NCBI GenBank assembly: GCA_965223345.1
Contig: CBDCWG010000012.1
Span: 3,104,001-3,168,000 of the forward strand
Direction of reading: 5' to 3'
From: Nitrospinales bacterium
GTDB taxonomy: Bacteria > Nitrospinota > Nitrospinia > Nitrospinales > VA-1
DNA: 64,000 nucleotides
The position numbers and the translations under genes were made by a program. Numbering within the stretch: the stretch's first letter is position 1; every line of letters begins with the position of its first letter. Under the pieces are notes generated by a model that saw only the letters and a list, made by a program, of their open reading frames with translations, did no database searches and was not told the origin of the DNA. Positions 20,071 through 30,434 of the stretch are shown in pieces.

Positions 20071-21036
20071 TCAGTTGGATATTAAAATTTGCGGCACAAA
20101 ATAAGCTTCGTGGATCGCATCCATGACCAGGTTCAAATCCCGCTGGACGCCATCCAGATATTCATGCATCCCGCATTCAATGATTTCGTCGATCGTCGTG
20201 TAACTCAATTGCGCGCGAAGCTTTCCCAGCCGGCGCTCGGGAAGATTGTTGTGCGGGCTTCCCGAGAAGGCGACCACCGAATAGAGGGAGCGGTAGGCCT
20301 GAGCGAGACAATGCAGGATGGACCGGGGAAAATGACGGTCCAGAATCAAAAACTGGGCCACGTTTTTCGGCAGAACCTGACGAAAGTTTTTACGGTAGGC
20401 TTCCAGCCCGCTTGCGGATTTCAAAAGCGCCGCCCACTGGATCTTGTCCAGAGAGGAACCGACGAGGTCCACCCGTGGCAGCAGCAGAAAATACTTCACA
20501 TCCAGGATGCGCGACGTCTTGTCCGCCCGTTCCAGAAACCGGCCCAGTTGAATGAAATCCCAGGCCTCGTCCTGGCTCAGCGTCGCATTGGTGATGCCCG
20601 AGATCAGGTGGCAGTCCATTTTGATCTGCTTGAAAAAGTGGGGCGCGTCTTCCATGCCGGTTTCATTTCGGGCCGCCCATTTGACCATCAGGTACAGCTT
20701 GTTGATCTGTTCCCACATTTCTGACGAAATGATCTCGCGGATGGAGCGCGCGTTTTCGCGTGCGGCGGTCAGGCAGGACAGGATCGAGTTGGGGTAGTCC
20801 AGGTCGAACGTGTGAAACTGGATGACATTCTCCGCTGTGGCGGATTTGTACTTTTCCAGGAAAATGTCATCGTCCCCGGTGATGCTCACCAGAGGCTGCC
20901 AGGGATTGCCCAGCCCGGATTCTTTGGACAGATCCAGCAACATGGACAGGTTCACATCGATGAACCGCGCCACGTTTTCCGCCCGTTCGAGATAACAGCT
21001 CATCCAGAACAATGAATTTGCGACTCGGCACAGCAT
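20071..21036 (-). CDS. alpha-E domain protein
   Basis: MLxRVA..LFW...YLERAEN.AR, ARENAR..RE.ISSEMW, GRFLERAD, FPRS. Confidence 0.93.
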   Translation of the reverse strand: MLCRVANSLFWMSCYLERAENVARFIDVNLSMLLDLSKESGLGNPWQPLVSITGDDDIFLEKYKSATAENVIQFHTFDLDYPNSILSCLTAARENARSIREIISSEMWEQINKLYLMVKWAARNETGMEDAPHFFKQIKMDCHLISGITNATLSQDEAWDFIQLGRFLERADKTSRILDVKYFLLLPRVDLVGSSLDKIQWAALLKSASGLEAYRKNFRQVLPKNVAQFLILDRHFPRSILHCLAQAYRSLYSVVAFSGSPHNNLPERRLGKLRAQLSYTTIDEIIECGMHEYLDGVQRDLNLVMDAIHEAYFVPQILISN

Positions 21037-21118
21037 GTTTCAGCCGGACTCCTTCTCAAAAATGAACAGACCATCGTAAGTCATGGGCCCGTTTCCGGGT
21101 CCCTTGTGCTGGGCGTTA

Positions 21119-22549
21119 TCAATACAAGACCCAGGTGTCCTTGCTGCCGCCGCCTTGAGAGGAATTGACGACGAGCGACCCCTTTCGGAGAGCCACGCGG
21201 GTCAATCCGCCGGGCAGCACGTAGATTTCCTCGCCATAGAGGATGAAAGGCCGAAAATCCACATGCCGGGGTTCGAAATGATCGCCGACGATCACCGGCG
21301 CGCGTGAGAGCGAGATCACCGGCTGCGCGATGTAGTTGCGCGGATCGGTCTGGATCTTTTCCGCAAACACTTCGCGCTCTCTCTCGGTCGAACCCGGCCC
21401 CATCAGCATCCCGTACCCTCCCGATTCCCCCACCGCCTTGACCACCAGAGAGTCCAGGTTGTTGAGCACATGACGGCGCTCCGCTTCCATCAGGCAACGA
21501 TACGTCGGGACGTTGGGGATGAGAGGGTCTTCGCCCATGTAATAGTTTATGATCTCCGGCACATAGGAATAGATCAGCTTGTCGTCGGCGATGCCGAGCC
21601 CCGGCGCGTTGACCAGAGCCACATGCCGATCCTTATACGCCTGCACCAGTCCCGGCACACCCAGCATGGAATCGGCGCGAAACACTTCCGGATCGAGAAA
21701 TTCATCGTCCACTCTCCGGTAGATGGTATCGACTTTTGCCAGTCCTTTGGTCGTCAGCATGTAGACGAAGCCGTCCTTGACCATGAGGTCCCGCCCTTCC
21801 GTCAGTTCTTCCCCCATGCTCTGGGCCAGAAAGGAATGCTCAAAATAAGCCGAATTGTAAATTCCCGGTGTCAGCACGACGGAACTGGGATGCCTGACGG
21901 TGTCCGATGAAAGAAAATACAGAAGGTCCAGCAACCGGCTGGTGTAGTCTTCGGTGGGCTGGATCTGCAGGGTTTCGAACACCTTGGGAAAGGTCTGCTT
22001 CATGATCTGGCGGTTCCCCAGCACGTAGGAAACTCCGGAAGGACAGCGCAGATTGTCCTCCAGCACCATGAACTCACCGGAAGCGTCGCGGATCAGATCG
22101 ACGCCGCTGATGTGACACCAGATTCCCCTGGGCGGATCGATGCCGACGCATTCGGGCAAAAATCCCTTGCAGGAATCGATGACTTCCCGGGGCATCACCT
22201 TATCCTTGATGATCTTCTGTTCGTGATAGATGTCATCGACGAAGAGATTGAGTGCGTAGATCCGCTGCTTGAGTCCGGGAACCAGTCGGTCCCAGGTGTC
22301 GCCGTCGATGATGCGCGGGATGATATCGAAGGGGAAGATTTTTTCCACGCCCTGGGAATCGGCGTAGACATTGAACGTGCTCCCCAGTTGCATGAGGGCC
22401 GATTCCGCGGTGGCCTGCCGGTTGAGGATTCCCTGATCGGGAAGCTGGTTGATCCGGTCCACCAGAGGCTGGACCCAGGGATGGGGTTTCCCGGGTGCGG
22501 CAAAAAACTCATCGAAAAACTCACCCGGATCGTAAGAATCAAAATTCAT
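21119..22549 (-). CDS. circularly permuted type 2 ATP-grasp ligase
   Basis: VLEDNLRCPSGVSY, NSAYFEH, IYRRVDD.FLDP, PGGLTRVAL, VVNSSQGGGSKDTWV. Confidence 0.95.
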   Translation of the reverse strand: MNFDSYDPGEFFDEFFAAPGKPHPWVQPLVDRINQLPDQGILNRQATAESALMQLGSTFNVYADSQGVEKIFPFDIIPRIIDGDTWDRLVPGLKQRIYALNLFVDDIYHEQKIIKDKVMPREVIDSCKGFLPECVGIDPPRGIWCHISGVDLIRDASGEFMVLEDNLRCPSGVSYVLGNRQIMKQTFPKVFETLQIQPTEDYTSRLLDLLYFLSSDTVRHPSSVVLTPGIYNSAYFEHSFLAQSMGEELTEGRDLMVKDGFVYMLTTKGLAKVDTIYRRVDDEFLDPEVFRADSMLGVPGLVQAYKDRHVALVNAPGLGIADDKLIYSYVPEIINYYMGEDPLIPNVPTYRCLMEAERRHVLNNLDSLVVKAVGESGGYGMLMGPGSTEREREVFAEKIQTDPRNYIAQPVISLSRAPVIVGDHFEPRHVDFRPFILYGEEIYVLPGGLTRVALRKGSLVVNSSQGGGSKDTWVLY

Positions 22550-22869
22550 GAAAGCCCGCTTTCAATGCAGTGTCAGTCCAAGGCAGCAGCAATTTGGCTC
22601 GTTTCCCTGCTTCCCGTTTCTCAAGCCAGAGCCCAATATACAAGATTGCGCCTCCTCAAACTCCGAAAACTCTAAAAATTTGCCTGCCACAGGGGTCCGG
22701 TCTCATCGGCGCACTCGAATCCAGCACCGCTTCGAACCGGATGATCTTTTGTATCTCATTGATATTTTTCCCGTCCCGAATCGATCCGGGACCGGCGCCA
22801 CCCTTCGGCCTAAAGGAACACACAACCTGCGCCATTCCTTTCCCCCAAACTCCCGAGCCCGCATCCGAT

Positions 22870-23640
22870 TCATAAAGACGCCGCGAACAATTCGAGCGCG
22901 CGCCTGAAGCAGCGGTTCAGATGCTGAAGCCGGTCCTCGGCAACGCAAAACCTGTCTCGATCGAACCAGGGAGGAGACAGATAGAGAACCCGGTTCATCT
23001 CCACCTGAATCCAGGGGATGGGACGGTTGCCGTAAGTGCGCGTGATGAACCCGCCTGCAAACGGCCGGTCGATCTGGATATCCGTGTCTTTGAGCTCGAA
23101 CGCCTGGCGCAGGCTGTCGGCCAGCTTGTCCACGAGATCGCGCGGGCAACTTTTGCCGAAATTCGACCCGAGGCAAAAAAGAGGACGCGGGGTGCCGGAA
23201 TCGGGGGAGATTTCCGGCCCCACCGCTTCCATCGTGTGGCAGTCCAGAGCGAGCTTTATCGTTCCCGGATCGTCCAGGATGGCGCGGATCTTTTCATGGT
23301 ACGGCTCGTAGTATTTTTTCAGCAGCAGGTCGATGGTGGCCGTATCCAGAAGCACATCCGGGCGATAGATGGTTTTTCCCACACAGGTGCGGGACTTGAC
23401 CACGCCGTCGGGATTTTCAGGAGGCCGGTCGGCGGGGTCGCGGTTCAGGTCCACGGCGGCGCGGGCGATGGCTGTTTTGACCAGCGCTTCCACCTGATCC
23501 TCGATGCCATAGATTTCGCGCGTGAAACTGTCGCCGTCTTCCAGAATGCCCGAACGCTCAAGCTGAAAGCGATCGGCGATTTCCTCGGGAACGTCCTCGC
23601 CGCCGTGCGGAATGGACAGGAGAAACGGCAGCTTGTTCAT
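22870..23640 (-). CDS. N-formylglutamate amidohydrolase family protein
   Basis: SIPHGG, DLNR, Y.PYH, DCHTM, F.GGFIT, QVEMNR..Y; ATGA-coupled to the upstream GGT. Confidence 0.88.
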   Translation of the reverse strand: MNKLPFLLSIPHGGEDVPEEIADRFQLERSGILEDGDSFTREIYGIEDQVEALVKTAIARAAVDLNRDPADRPPENPDGVVKSRTCVGKTIYRPDVLLDTATIDLLLKKYYEPYHEKIRAILDDPGTIKLALDCHTMEAVGPEISPDSGTPRPLFCLGSNFGKSCPRDLVDKLADSLRQAFELKDTDIQIDRPFAGGFITRTYGNRPIPWIQVEMNRVLYLSPPWFDRDRFCVAEDRLQHLNRCFRRALELFAASL

Positions 23641-25271
23641 TGCGGTCCCGCGGCGGTCCCGTCCCTGCGGATCTCGGCGACGCCTTGAAACAGGCCCGAG
23701 TCATGGGTTTTGAGCACCGCATGGATCGCTCCCAGGTAAAACGAGAAGGATTCCTTGGGCACGATCTTGTATCCGACGTTGCGCAGGTAATCGACGATGG
23801 CGGGGTCGTAGCGGTCCACTTCCATGCTGAGGTTGCCGCCGATGGAACAGTGGAAGCGCGGGTGCATCATGGCTTCATTCATGGGCCGGTTGCCGTCCAC
23901 GATGTGGGACAGAAACTGGCTCACCGTCGAAAAAATCCGTTCGCTGCCCGGACTGCCGGCCACCAGCCACGGTTCGCCCTCGTACATCGCAATGACCGGC
24001 GCAACGGAACTCCAGGGCACGGCGTTGGGGCGCAGATAGTAGGGGTGCGACGGGTCCTTGGTCTCCAGGGCGCTCATGTAGTTGTTGTAAAAAAAGCCAA
24101 GACCGCGCGCCGCCACTTTTGCGCCATAGACGCGTTCGATCGACTGGGTGATGCCGATGGCGTTGCCTTCTTTGTCCATCACGGAAAGATGGGTCGTGTC
24201 GTTGATGGCGGGATACGGGTCCACCAGAGGCAGTGTGGCGTCGATGCCGTCGCGGATGGTGGCGGACAACGCGCGGGCGTATTCCCGGCTGAGAATGCGT
24301 TTGTCGTCGGGCAGCTGCGGATAGATGTTGGGATCGAAGGGCCGCTCCTTATTGTTGAGCAACGCCTTGCGAAACGTTTCCGCCATGAAATGGTAGGATT
24401 CGGGCGACTGGCTGCGCAGAAATTTCGTGGGTATGTTTCTCAGCATCTGCAGAACCAGCAGAAGCGTCCTGCCCGCCGCGGGGGGCGGGCAGGTAAAGAT
24501 ATCCAGCTTGCGGTATTTCCGCTTGATGGGTTTGCGCTCGACCGGCCAGGGAATGAGCGCCAGATCTTCTTTTCTTAAAAACCCTCCATGCTCCTGCATG
24601 TCCGCATCGATCTGCCGCGCGATTTTTCCGCTGTAAAACGACTTCGCTCCGTGCTTCGCCAGGTGCTCGAGCAGACTCGCGAGATCTTTCTGAATGAACC
24701 GCTCACCCGGCTGATACGGGCTGTCCCCGTTTTTGAAAAAATACTCCAGGCCGAAGGGAGACTCCAGACTCTGGAATGCCTCCAGTTCCCGTTGCTGCAG
24801 GCGGGATTGCAGATCGGTGATTGCGTAACCCTCACGGGCGATGCGGATCGCGGGTTGCACGACGTCGGCCCATTCGAGATTGCCGTAACGGAAATGCAGG
24901 TATCCCAGAAGAGCGGGTGTGCTGGGAACGGTGGTGGCGCGATGACCGTTGAAGCGTTCCTCTTTTCCTTCGATGCTGTCCAGGTGCGCCAGAGAAGGCA
25001 CCCGGCTGGAGCCGTCCACGACGATGGTTTTGCCCTGGTAACGCAGCAGGGCCATCGACTGCCCCCCCAGACCACTGGCCTGGGGTTCGCAGACACTGAG
25101 CGCCAGCGCCGCGGCGACGGCGGCGTCGATCGCATTGCCCTCCTGCCTGAGCATCTCCACACCCGCTTCGGTGGCTTCGGGAAACGCGGTGGAGACCATG
25201 CCCTTTTCGGAGACCGAACTCTTGCGGTCTTCGGTGGGGGAGAAACTGCTTTCTATTTTTTTTAAATCCAT
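23637..25271 (-). CDS. gamma-glutamyltransferase-family protein, cytoplasmic and atypical
   Basis: GNAIDAAVA, SGLGG, VPS, nucleophile DTTHLSV.D..GN, GSPGS; no signal peptide. Confidence 0.88.
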   Translation of the reverse strand: MDLKKIESSFSPTEDRKSSVSEKGMVSTAFPEATEAGVEMLRQEGNAIDAAVAAALALSVCEPQASGLGGQSMALLRYQGKTIVVDGSSRVPSLAHLDSIEGKEERFNGHRATTVPSTPALLGYLHFRYGNLEWADVVQPAIRIAREGYAITDLQSRLQQRELEAFQSLESPFGLEYFFKNGDSPYQPGERFIQKDLASLLEHLAKHGAKSFYSGKIARQIDADMQEHGGFLRKEDLALIPWPVERKPIKRKYRKLDIFTCPPPAAGRTLLLVLQMLRNIPTKFLRSQSPESYHFMAETFRKALLNNKERPFDPNIYPQLPDDKRILSREYARALSATIRDGIDATLPLVDPYPAINDTTHLSVMDKEGNAIGITQSIERVYGAKVAARGLGFFYNNYMSALETKDPSHPYYLRPNAVPWSSVAPVIAMYEGEPWLVAGSPGSERIFSTVSQFLSHIVDGNRPMNEAMMHPRFHCSIGGNLSMEVDRYDPAIVDYLRNVGYKIVPKESFSFYLGAIHAVLKTHDSGLFQGVAEIRRDGTAAGPQ

Positions 25272-25441
25272 AAAGATAAAGGGGTTCTGAATTTGACCGA
25301 AGGAAATGATACCACAAACAAAGAACCGTTTTGGGACAATGTTGGGATGGCTTAGGAAGGCACACCAAAGGTGGGATCATCACGCCAATGGGCACCTCCG
25401 GCATGTAGAAAACCCCGGAGGCATCCAGTTGCATTTCAGGA

Positions 25442-25777
25442 TTACTTGTCCAAATTTTTTTGAAACAATTTTTTATCTTGAGGTCTTATCTTTTTCCGGG
25501 CCATTTTATCTGGACAGCTTTTATCCATATCCATCACTTTCACCCGGCATTCCACTCTTTCCACCCCTTTCAGTTTGTCGCATTTCTTTTTCGCTCGTAT
25601 GATTTCTCTCCTGCAATTTTTTTGTGATCTTTCATGATCGCCTTTTGCGTCTGCTTTTTCCACCTTCATAACCTGGGATTTATTTTGCTTCTGCTCCGGC
25701 TCTCCCAAAGAACTCTGTGCAAAAAACAATAAAAGAACCGCAAAAACCGATACACTTAAAAATTGATATCTTTTCAT
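25442..25777 (-). CDS. small secreted Lys/Cys-rich hypothetical protein
   Basis: AAGGA SD, signal peptide, four Cys; AT-rich. Confidence 0.55.
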   Translation of the reverse strand: MKRYQFLSVSVFAVLLLFFAQSSLGEPEQKQNKSQVMKVEKADAKGDHERSQKNCRREIIRAKKKCDKLKGVERVECRVKVMDMDKSCPDKMARKKIRPQDKKLFQKNLDK

Positions 25778-26089
25778 CGTTGGTCCTTTCAATAATCATG
25801 TCTTGGATGTGCAGGAAACCATACCAGGATTCCTTCGCTTCTCGCGGAATCACAGCTCCCCGAAGGAGTGGTTGATTCTGGAAACTTATTTCACGGAAGA
25901 ATCGGTTGAAACAAAATTCTACTGCCTTATCCAGACAGTCACACACAAAGACATTCTGTTCGGGTCTTTAAATCCCCCCCTGCTTGCGACTGCAACCTAT
26001 TCTCACTCTTTTGGGGTCAAAATTCATAATACGATGGAAATTACCTATCTCGTCGCTGCAAAAAAGTGGCAGCTTGTTCTAAGCCTTGC

Positions 26090-26290
26090 TCAACAAAAGT
26101 ATTCATCCCGGTATCGTTTGAGTGTGTGTTTGCAGGGAGGGCGGTTTACTGCGACTACCGTTCTGCATGAATGATCTGGGCATATCTTCAGGTACTGGGG
26201 ATTGGAAGTTTCACATTGGAAATGCGATTCAACATCCAGGATGAAAGCTTCCTCATTGTGTTCTTGCTGCCCTATTCCCCCGATACGCAT
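26090..26290 (-). CDS. possible short hypothetical protein or gene remnant
   Basis: AAGGA SD before ATG; 66 aa with no recognised motif. Confidence 0.25.
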   Translation of the reverse strand: MRIGGIGQQEHNEEAFILDVESHFQCETSNPQYLKICPDHSCRTVVAVNRPPCKHTLKRYRDEYFC

Positions 26291-26363
26291 TTGTCGTTTC
26301 CTTTCAGGTTAAAGTATTGCTAATGATAATAAATTCGTTGTAAAATAAGTTTCCGCAATGTAA

Positions 26364-26684
26364 TCAAATCCTTTTTTCGGAGTCCTCTTCCTCAGGTTCT
26401 ACGGATTCGGGGGTTTCCTCTGGTGTCATAGCATCTCTGTGAAACTCCTCAATACCTTGATCTTCAGAAGATGGATTTTCTTGTGTTTCCTCCATTCCGA
26501 AGTTTTCATCCTTGTGGAAAAAATGATCAACTTCCCTCTCATACTCCGATAAAACATTTAAATCTTCTTGCGAAAATTCCTCATTCTGTTCCGATTGAAA
26601 ATCGTTGGCTTGTATCGATGAAACTGCTGATAAAGTAACAAAAACACTTAATAGTAAAGCAATGACCAATAATGATTTATTCAT
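26364..26684 (-). CDS. small secreted, highly acidic hypothetical protein
   Basis: AGGAG SD before MNKSLL, signal peptide IQA-N, Glu-rich mature region. Confidence 0.6.
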   Translation of the reverse strand: MNKSLLVIALLLSVFVTLSAVSSIQANDFQSEQNEEFSQEDLNVLSEYEREVDHFFHKDENFGMEETQENPSSEDQGIEEFHRDAMTPEETPESVEPEEEDSEKRI

Positions 26685-27222
26685 GATTGATCTCCTAAAT
26701 TTTGCAAACAGATGGTTATTAGACACACAAATCCTCAGAAATTCACTTCCCCTTCCTTCGTGATAAATAGAAGATGATTGCGAATTCCAGGCAGAGTAAA
26801 CCTTCCCCAGGACACACGGATACGGTCAGGCCGGATACCGGCAGGGCAAGAAAGTCAAAACGGAAATGACGGGATTACATATACCCTTTGGAGAAAAAGG
26901 ACTGTTCCATCTTGTCGGTGATGGAAACCGATTGCAGGGAAAACCGGGGACGATAACTGCGTGAGGAAGGCTTTTTCTGCATTCGCAGAGAAAATGAAGA
27001 TTGGAGAAGGAATAACGTACCCATTGCGGGACTTCCTTTCGGGAAGAAAGTAGCTGAACTCAATCTACTCCCAATCCATTCAAACTTGCAATCTTTATTT
27101 TCGCGCATTTTGTGATTTTAATCCTGCCGCTCCGACAAAATTCCTGAGTTACTTGTTATAAAAAGGTCTTCCAGAAATCAAAGCACAAGTATCAATATAA
27201 CAAATATTTATACCAATTCCAT

Positions 27223-28404
27223 TTATCCTGAAATCGATTCCTTTTTGTAAAGCCACAGCCTGAGCACCAGCGGCGTGATGATCGCGGTCAACAGGCTCAT
27301 CAGGACCAGCGCCACGAACAGGGGCTGCTCGATCGCCCCCTGATTGAGGCCCAGCAGAGCGATGACCATCACGACCTCCCCCCTCGGGGCCATCCCGAAA
27401 CCCACCACCCAGGCATCGCGCCAGGAGAGTCCCTGCAGCCGGGCGGGAATGCCGCAGGCCAGCACCTTTGTCAACACGGCCACGGCCGTCAGCGCCAGGA
27501 AAAACCCGACCACATGCGCCTGCAGTGCCTTCAGATCCGCGATAATGCCGAGCGAGACAAAAAAGATCGATGCGAAGATGATCCGCAGGTATTCGGCGCC
27601 CTCTTTCAGGTTTTTGCTGTTTTTCAGGTTGATGCCTTCCATCGTCACGCCCGCGATGAATGCCCCGACGATGGAAGACAGGCCGCAGAGTTCCGCCATC
27701 AGCGCATAGAAAAATGCATTCATCATGGCGAAGACGAAAACGAATTCCGGATATTTATGCGCCAGCGCGGAGTCGTCCAGTTTCGCGATCCAGCGGCTGG
27801 CCACCCAATGGCCCACCAGCACGCCGGCGATCAGAAATCCGACCGCCTTGCCCACGGAAATCATCACCGCGGCTGCGGTCAGGTTTCCCTCCGACATCTG
27901 TCCCGTGATGGACAACGCCAGAAGCGCCAGCACATCGTCGATGACCGCCGCTCCGATGATGGCCTTTCCGGCTTCGGTTTGCAGCTTGCCCATTTCTTTC
28001 AGCGTGTCCGCGGTCACGGCGATGCTGGTGGCCGTCAGCGCCACCCCGATCAGGATCGCGCGGTGCGTGTCGAACCCGAATCCCACTGCCAGGAAATACC
28101 CGCCGATCCAGGGAACCACGATCCCCATGACGGCGATCACCGCGTACCCCGGCTTCGCGATGTCGCGCACCTTGAACTCCAGGCCGATGACAAACAGCAG
28201 GATGATCGCCCCGAGATGGGCGACGCTGTTGACGAATTCGGTGTACGTGACCCAGCCCAGAAGGCTCGGGCCGATCAGCATGCCCACCAGGATTTCCCCG
28301 ACGACGGCGGGCTGCCCGACACGGGAGGCGACCAGATAGCCGGCCAGAGCGACGAACAACAGCAGGCTCATCTGAAATTCAATGGTGGCGGTGATAGCGT
28401 GCAA
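27223..28404 (-). CDS. CPA2 cation:proton antiporter (NapA/Kef-like, no KTN domain)
   Basis: About 12 TM helices, LLF.IGLE, TATS, AAVIDDV, PRGEV. Confidence 0.9.
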   Translation of the reverse strand: MHAITATIEFQMSLLLFVALAGYLVASRVGQPAVVGEILVGMLIGPSLLGWVTYTEFVNSVAHLGAIILLFVIGLEFKVRDIAKPGYAVIAVMGIVVPWIGGYFLAVGFGFDTHRAILIGVALTATSIAVTADTLKEMGKLQTEAGKAIIGAAVIDDVLALLALSITGQMSEGNLTAAAVMISVGKAVGFLIAGVLVGHWVASRWIAKLDDSALAHKYPEFVFVFAMMNAFFYALMAELCGLSSIVGAFIAGVTMEGINLKNSKNLKEGAEYLRIIFASIFFVSLGIIADLKALQAHVVGFFLALTAVAVLTKVLACGIPARLQGLSWRDAWVVGFGMAPRGEVVMVIALLGLNQGAIEQPLFVALVLMSLLTAIITPLVLRLWLYKKESISG

Positions 28405-28459
28405 TGGAAACCTGCGAGTTATAAAGGAAGCGAAAGGGATGTGAACAATTTCAAACGTG

Positions 28460-30226
28460 TCATTTCGATTTCTGCCCCTGAGCCTCCGCGCTTCCGTCCA
28501 GAGCGGGACTCGCCCATGTCTTCAAATCCTGGGAAGGGCTGATTGTGAGCTGGGTGAAAGGAATCACCAACTGGTTTTCATTGCAGATCTGCACCAGCCT
28601 TCTGTTGATCTCCCATTGCAGGGGATAGTAATCCTCCGCACAGCGTCCGTGCATCTTGAACAACACGATGAGCTTCAACGAGCTGTCTGCGGCGCTGTCA
28701 AAACGAACCTGCAGGGTTTGAATATCGGGATCGTCCCCGTCGAACCGCTTTTTGAATATTTCACGCAGCCTTTCCTTGAACAACCGCGGCAGCTCGTCGG
28801 TGATGCGCGACTGAACACCGTAATCGAGTCCGAAGCGAATGACGATGCGGTATCCGGTCGAAAGGTTTCTCGGTTTGAGGCCCAAGAAATCCGTCGTTTT
28901 AAAATATTTTCTCGACGCGAACGACTCCACGACAACCTGCTCCGCCGTTTGCTTGATCACCCGGCCAAACGTATCGTCGGACAGGATCACCCAATCGTCC
29001 ACTTTCGTCGGGAACCATTCCTCTTCAAGAACCAGCGGCCTCGAGTGGAGTCCGACCAGTTCTCCGACGTGCAGTTTGACCATGCCTCCCTGCAACCTGG
29101 GGTTGCGCAGAATGGCGTACACGCCGATCTCCTGCACCTTCCAGGGGACTCCCTGCCAGATCAGCCGTTCCTTCTCGCGCACCGTGCCCAGGTTGAGAAT
29201 CAGCCTGAGCTCGCGGATGAACTTGGGTATGAATTCACGAAAACCCAGCGCCATCCCCGCAAAAACCAGGATAACAATACTGAGGATCAGCCAGTCGTCC
29301 AAAAGATACAGAGCGACCACGCTGGCGGTGCTGCAGAAAAGGAAGATGAACAGGCTGTACGCGGCTTTGATGACCTTCTGGTAATGCGGGTCGAGCCGGG
29401 AAAGCAGCTTCATCCGCACGGCAAAAAACCGGTACAGCGCGGTCAGAACGATCCAGAAAACCAGAAACGCCGCCAGCGCAATGAGCAGATTCCGGCCCCG
29501 TACCTGCAAAAATTCCTGGATGAACGATGTGCTGAAGTTTTCCGAGGATTGCAGCGCCCTGAGACTGTTTTGCGCCTCCTCCAGATCCAGAACGAGAAAT
29601 TCGGGATTGTATTTTTTTTTCAGTTTCGCGAGCCGGGTCTTGAATGATTTTTTCAATTCAGCCGTGGCGATTTCGGGCTCCTTCTGTTCCCCGTTTTCAA
29701 GCGGCCGGGCGAATTCCATCTGCATCATTTTTTCCAGACTGCCGCGGGCTTTTTCATAGGCCGCGATCTGCTGCTTCAATGACTGAATGCGGGTTTTCAG
29801 GTTTTCGATCTTGCGCGGCCGCTCGGTGATATCCCTCAGGGCGGCCAACAGGGGCCGGGTGATTTCACGCAGCTCCTCCATCCAGGTGAGATCCCGCCGT
29901 TCCTCAACGACAACTTCCCCATTTTGCAGTTGAGTGGCCAGAGCATCGAATTTACGGGTCAAAACCTTCAACTCTGAATCGATTTCCTCGGCTCGTTTCG
30001 ATTCTTCCTGGCTTGGCTTTTCCTTGCTGATCTTCGCCAGTTCTTTTTCCAGGAGGAGCTTTTGTTCCAGAATCTGAACGAGCTGCTTCTGCTGCTTTTC
30101 TTCAGTTGAAAGCTTGTCCTTGGGCGGTGCGTCCGTATTTTGCTGCGCAATGGCAGCGGCGGCAAAAAACGACAGGATGCAGACGGCCGCGAGAATTTTT
30201 AAAGTGAAATGAAAAACAGGCTTCAT
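28460..30226 (-). CDS. MscS-like mechanosensitive channel with a large periplasmic coiled coil
   Basis: Signal peptide, coiled coil, 3 TM helices, beta domains (FP....DWV), FGLDY, C-terminal IPF.QL.I. Confidence 0.65.
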   Translation of the reverse strand: MKPVFHFTLKILAAVCILSFFAAAAIAQQNTDAPPKDKLSTEEKQQKQLVQILEQKLLLEKELAKISKEKPSQEESKRAEEIDSELKVLTRKFDALATQLQNGEVVVEERRDLTWMEELREITRPLLAALRDITERPRKIENLKTRIQSLKQQIAAYEKARGSLEKMMQMEFARPLENGEQKEPEIATAELKKSFKTRLAKLKKKYNPEFLVLDLEEAQNSLRALQSSENFSTSFIQEFLQVRGRNLLIALAAFLVFWIVLTALYRFFAVRMKLLSRLDPHYQKVIKAAYSLFIFLFCSTASVVALYLLDDWLILSIVILVFAGMALGFREFIPKFIRELRLILNLGTVREKERLIWQGVPWKVQEIGVYAILRNPRLQGGMVKLHVGELVGLHSRPLVLEEEWFPTKVDDWVILSDDTFGRVIKQTAEQVVVESFASRKYFKTTDFLGLKPRNLSTGYRIVIRFGLDYGVQSRITDELPRLFKERLREIFKKRFDGDDPDIQTLQVRFDSAADSSLKLIVLFKMHGRCAEDYYPLQWEINRRLVQICNENQLVIPFTQLTISPSQDLKTWASPALDGSAEAQGQKSK

Positions 30227-30434
30227 GGCGATTTCATAAAATGGTTGGCAGCCAGATCGGTTCCCCAAGCGGACCCAGGATGGGGGAATTATATACCAGG
30301 AAAACAGTAAATGAATCGTAAACGCACATGCGGACGGGCGAATGGCGCCGCTTTTTAAAACGCCAGGATTTTAGACATCCGCAACGAAAAGGGAACCTCT
30401 TCAGGCGAATTCCATGTGAATGGGTTCGGGTCTA

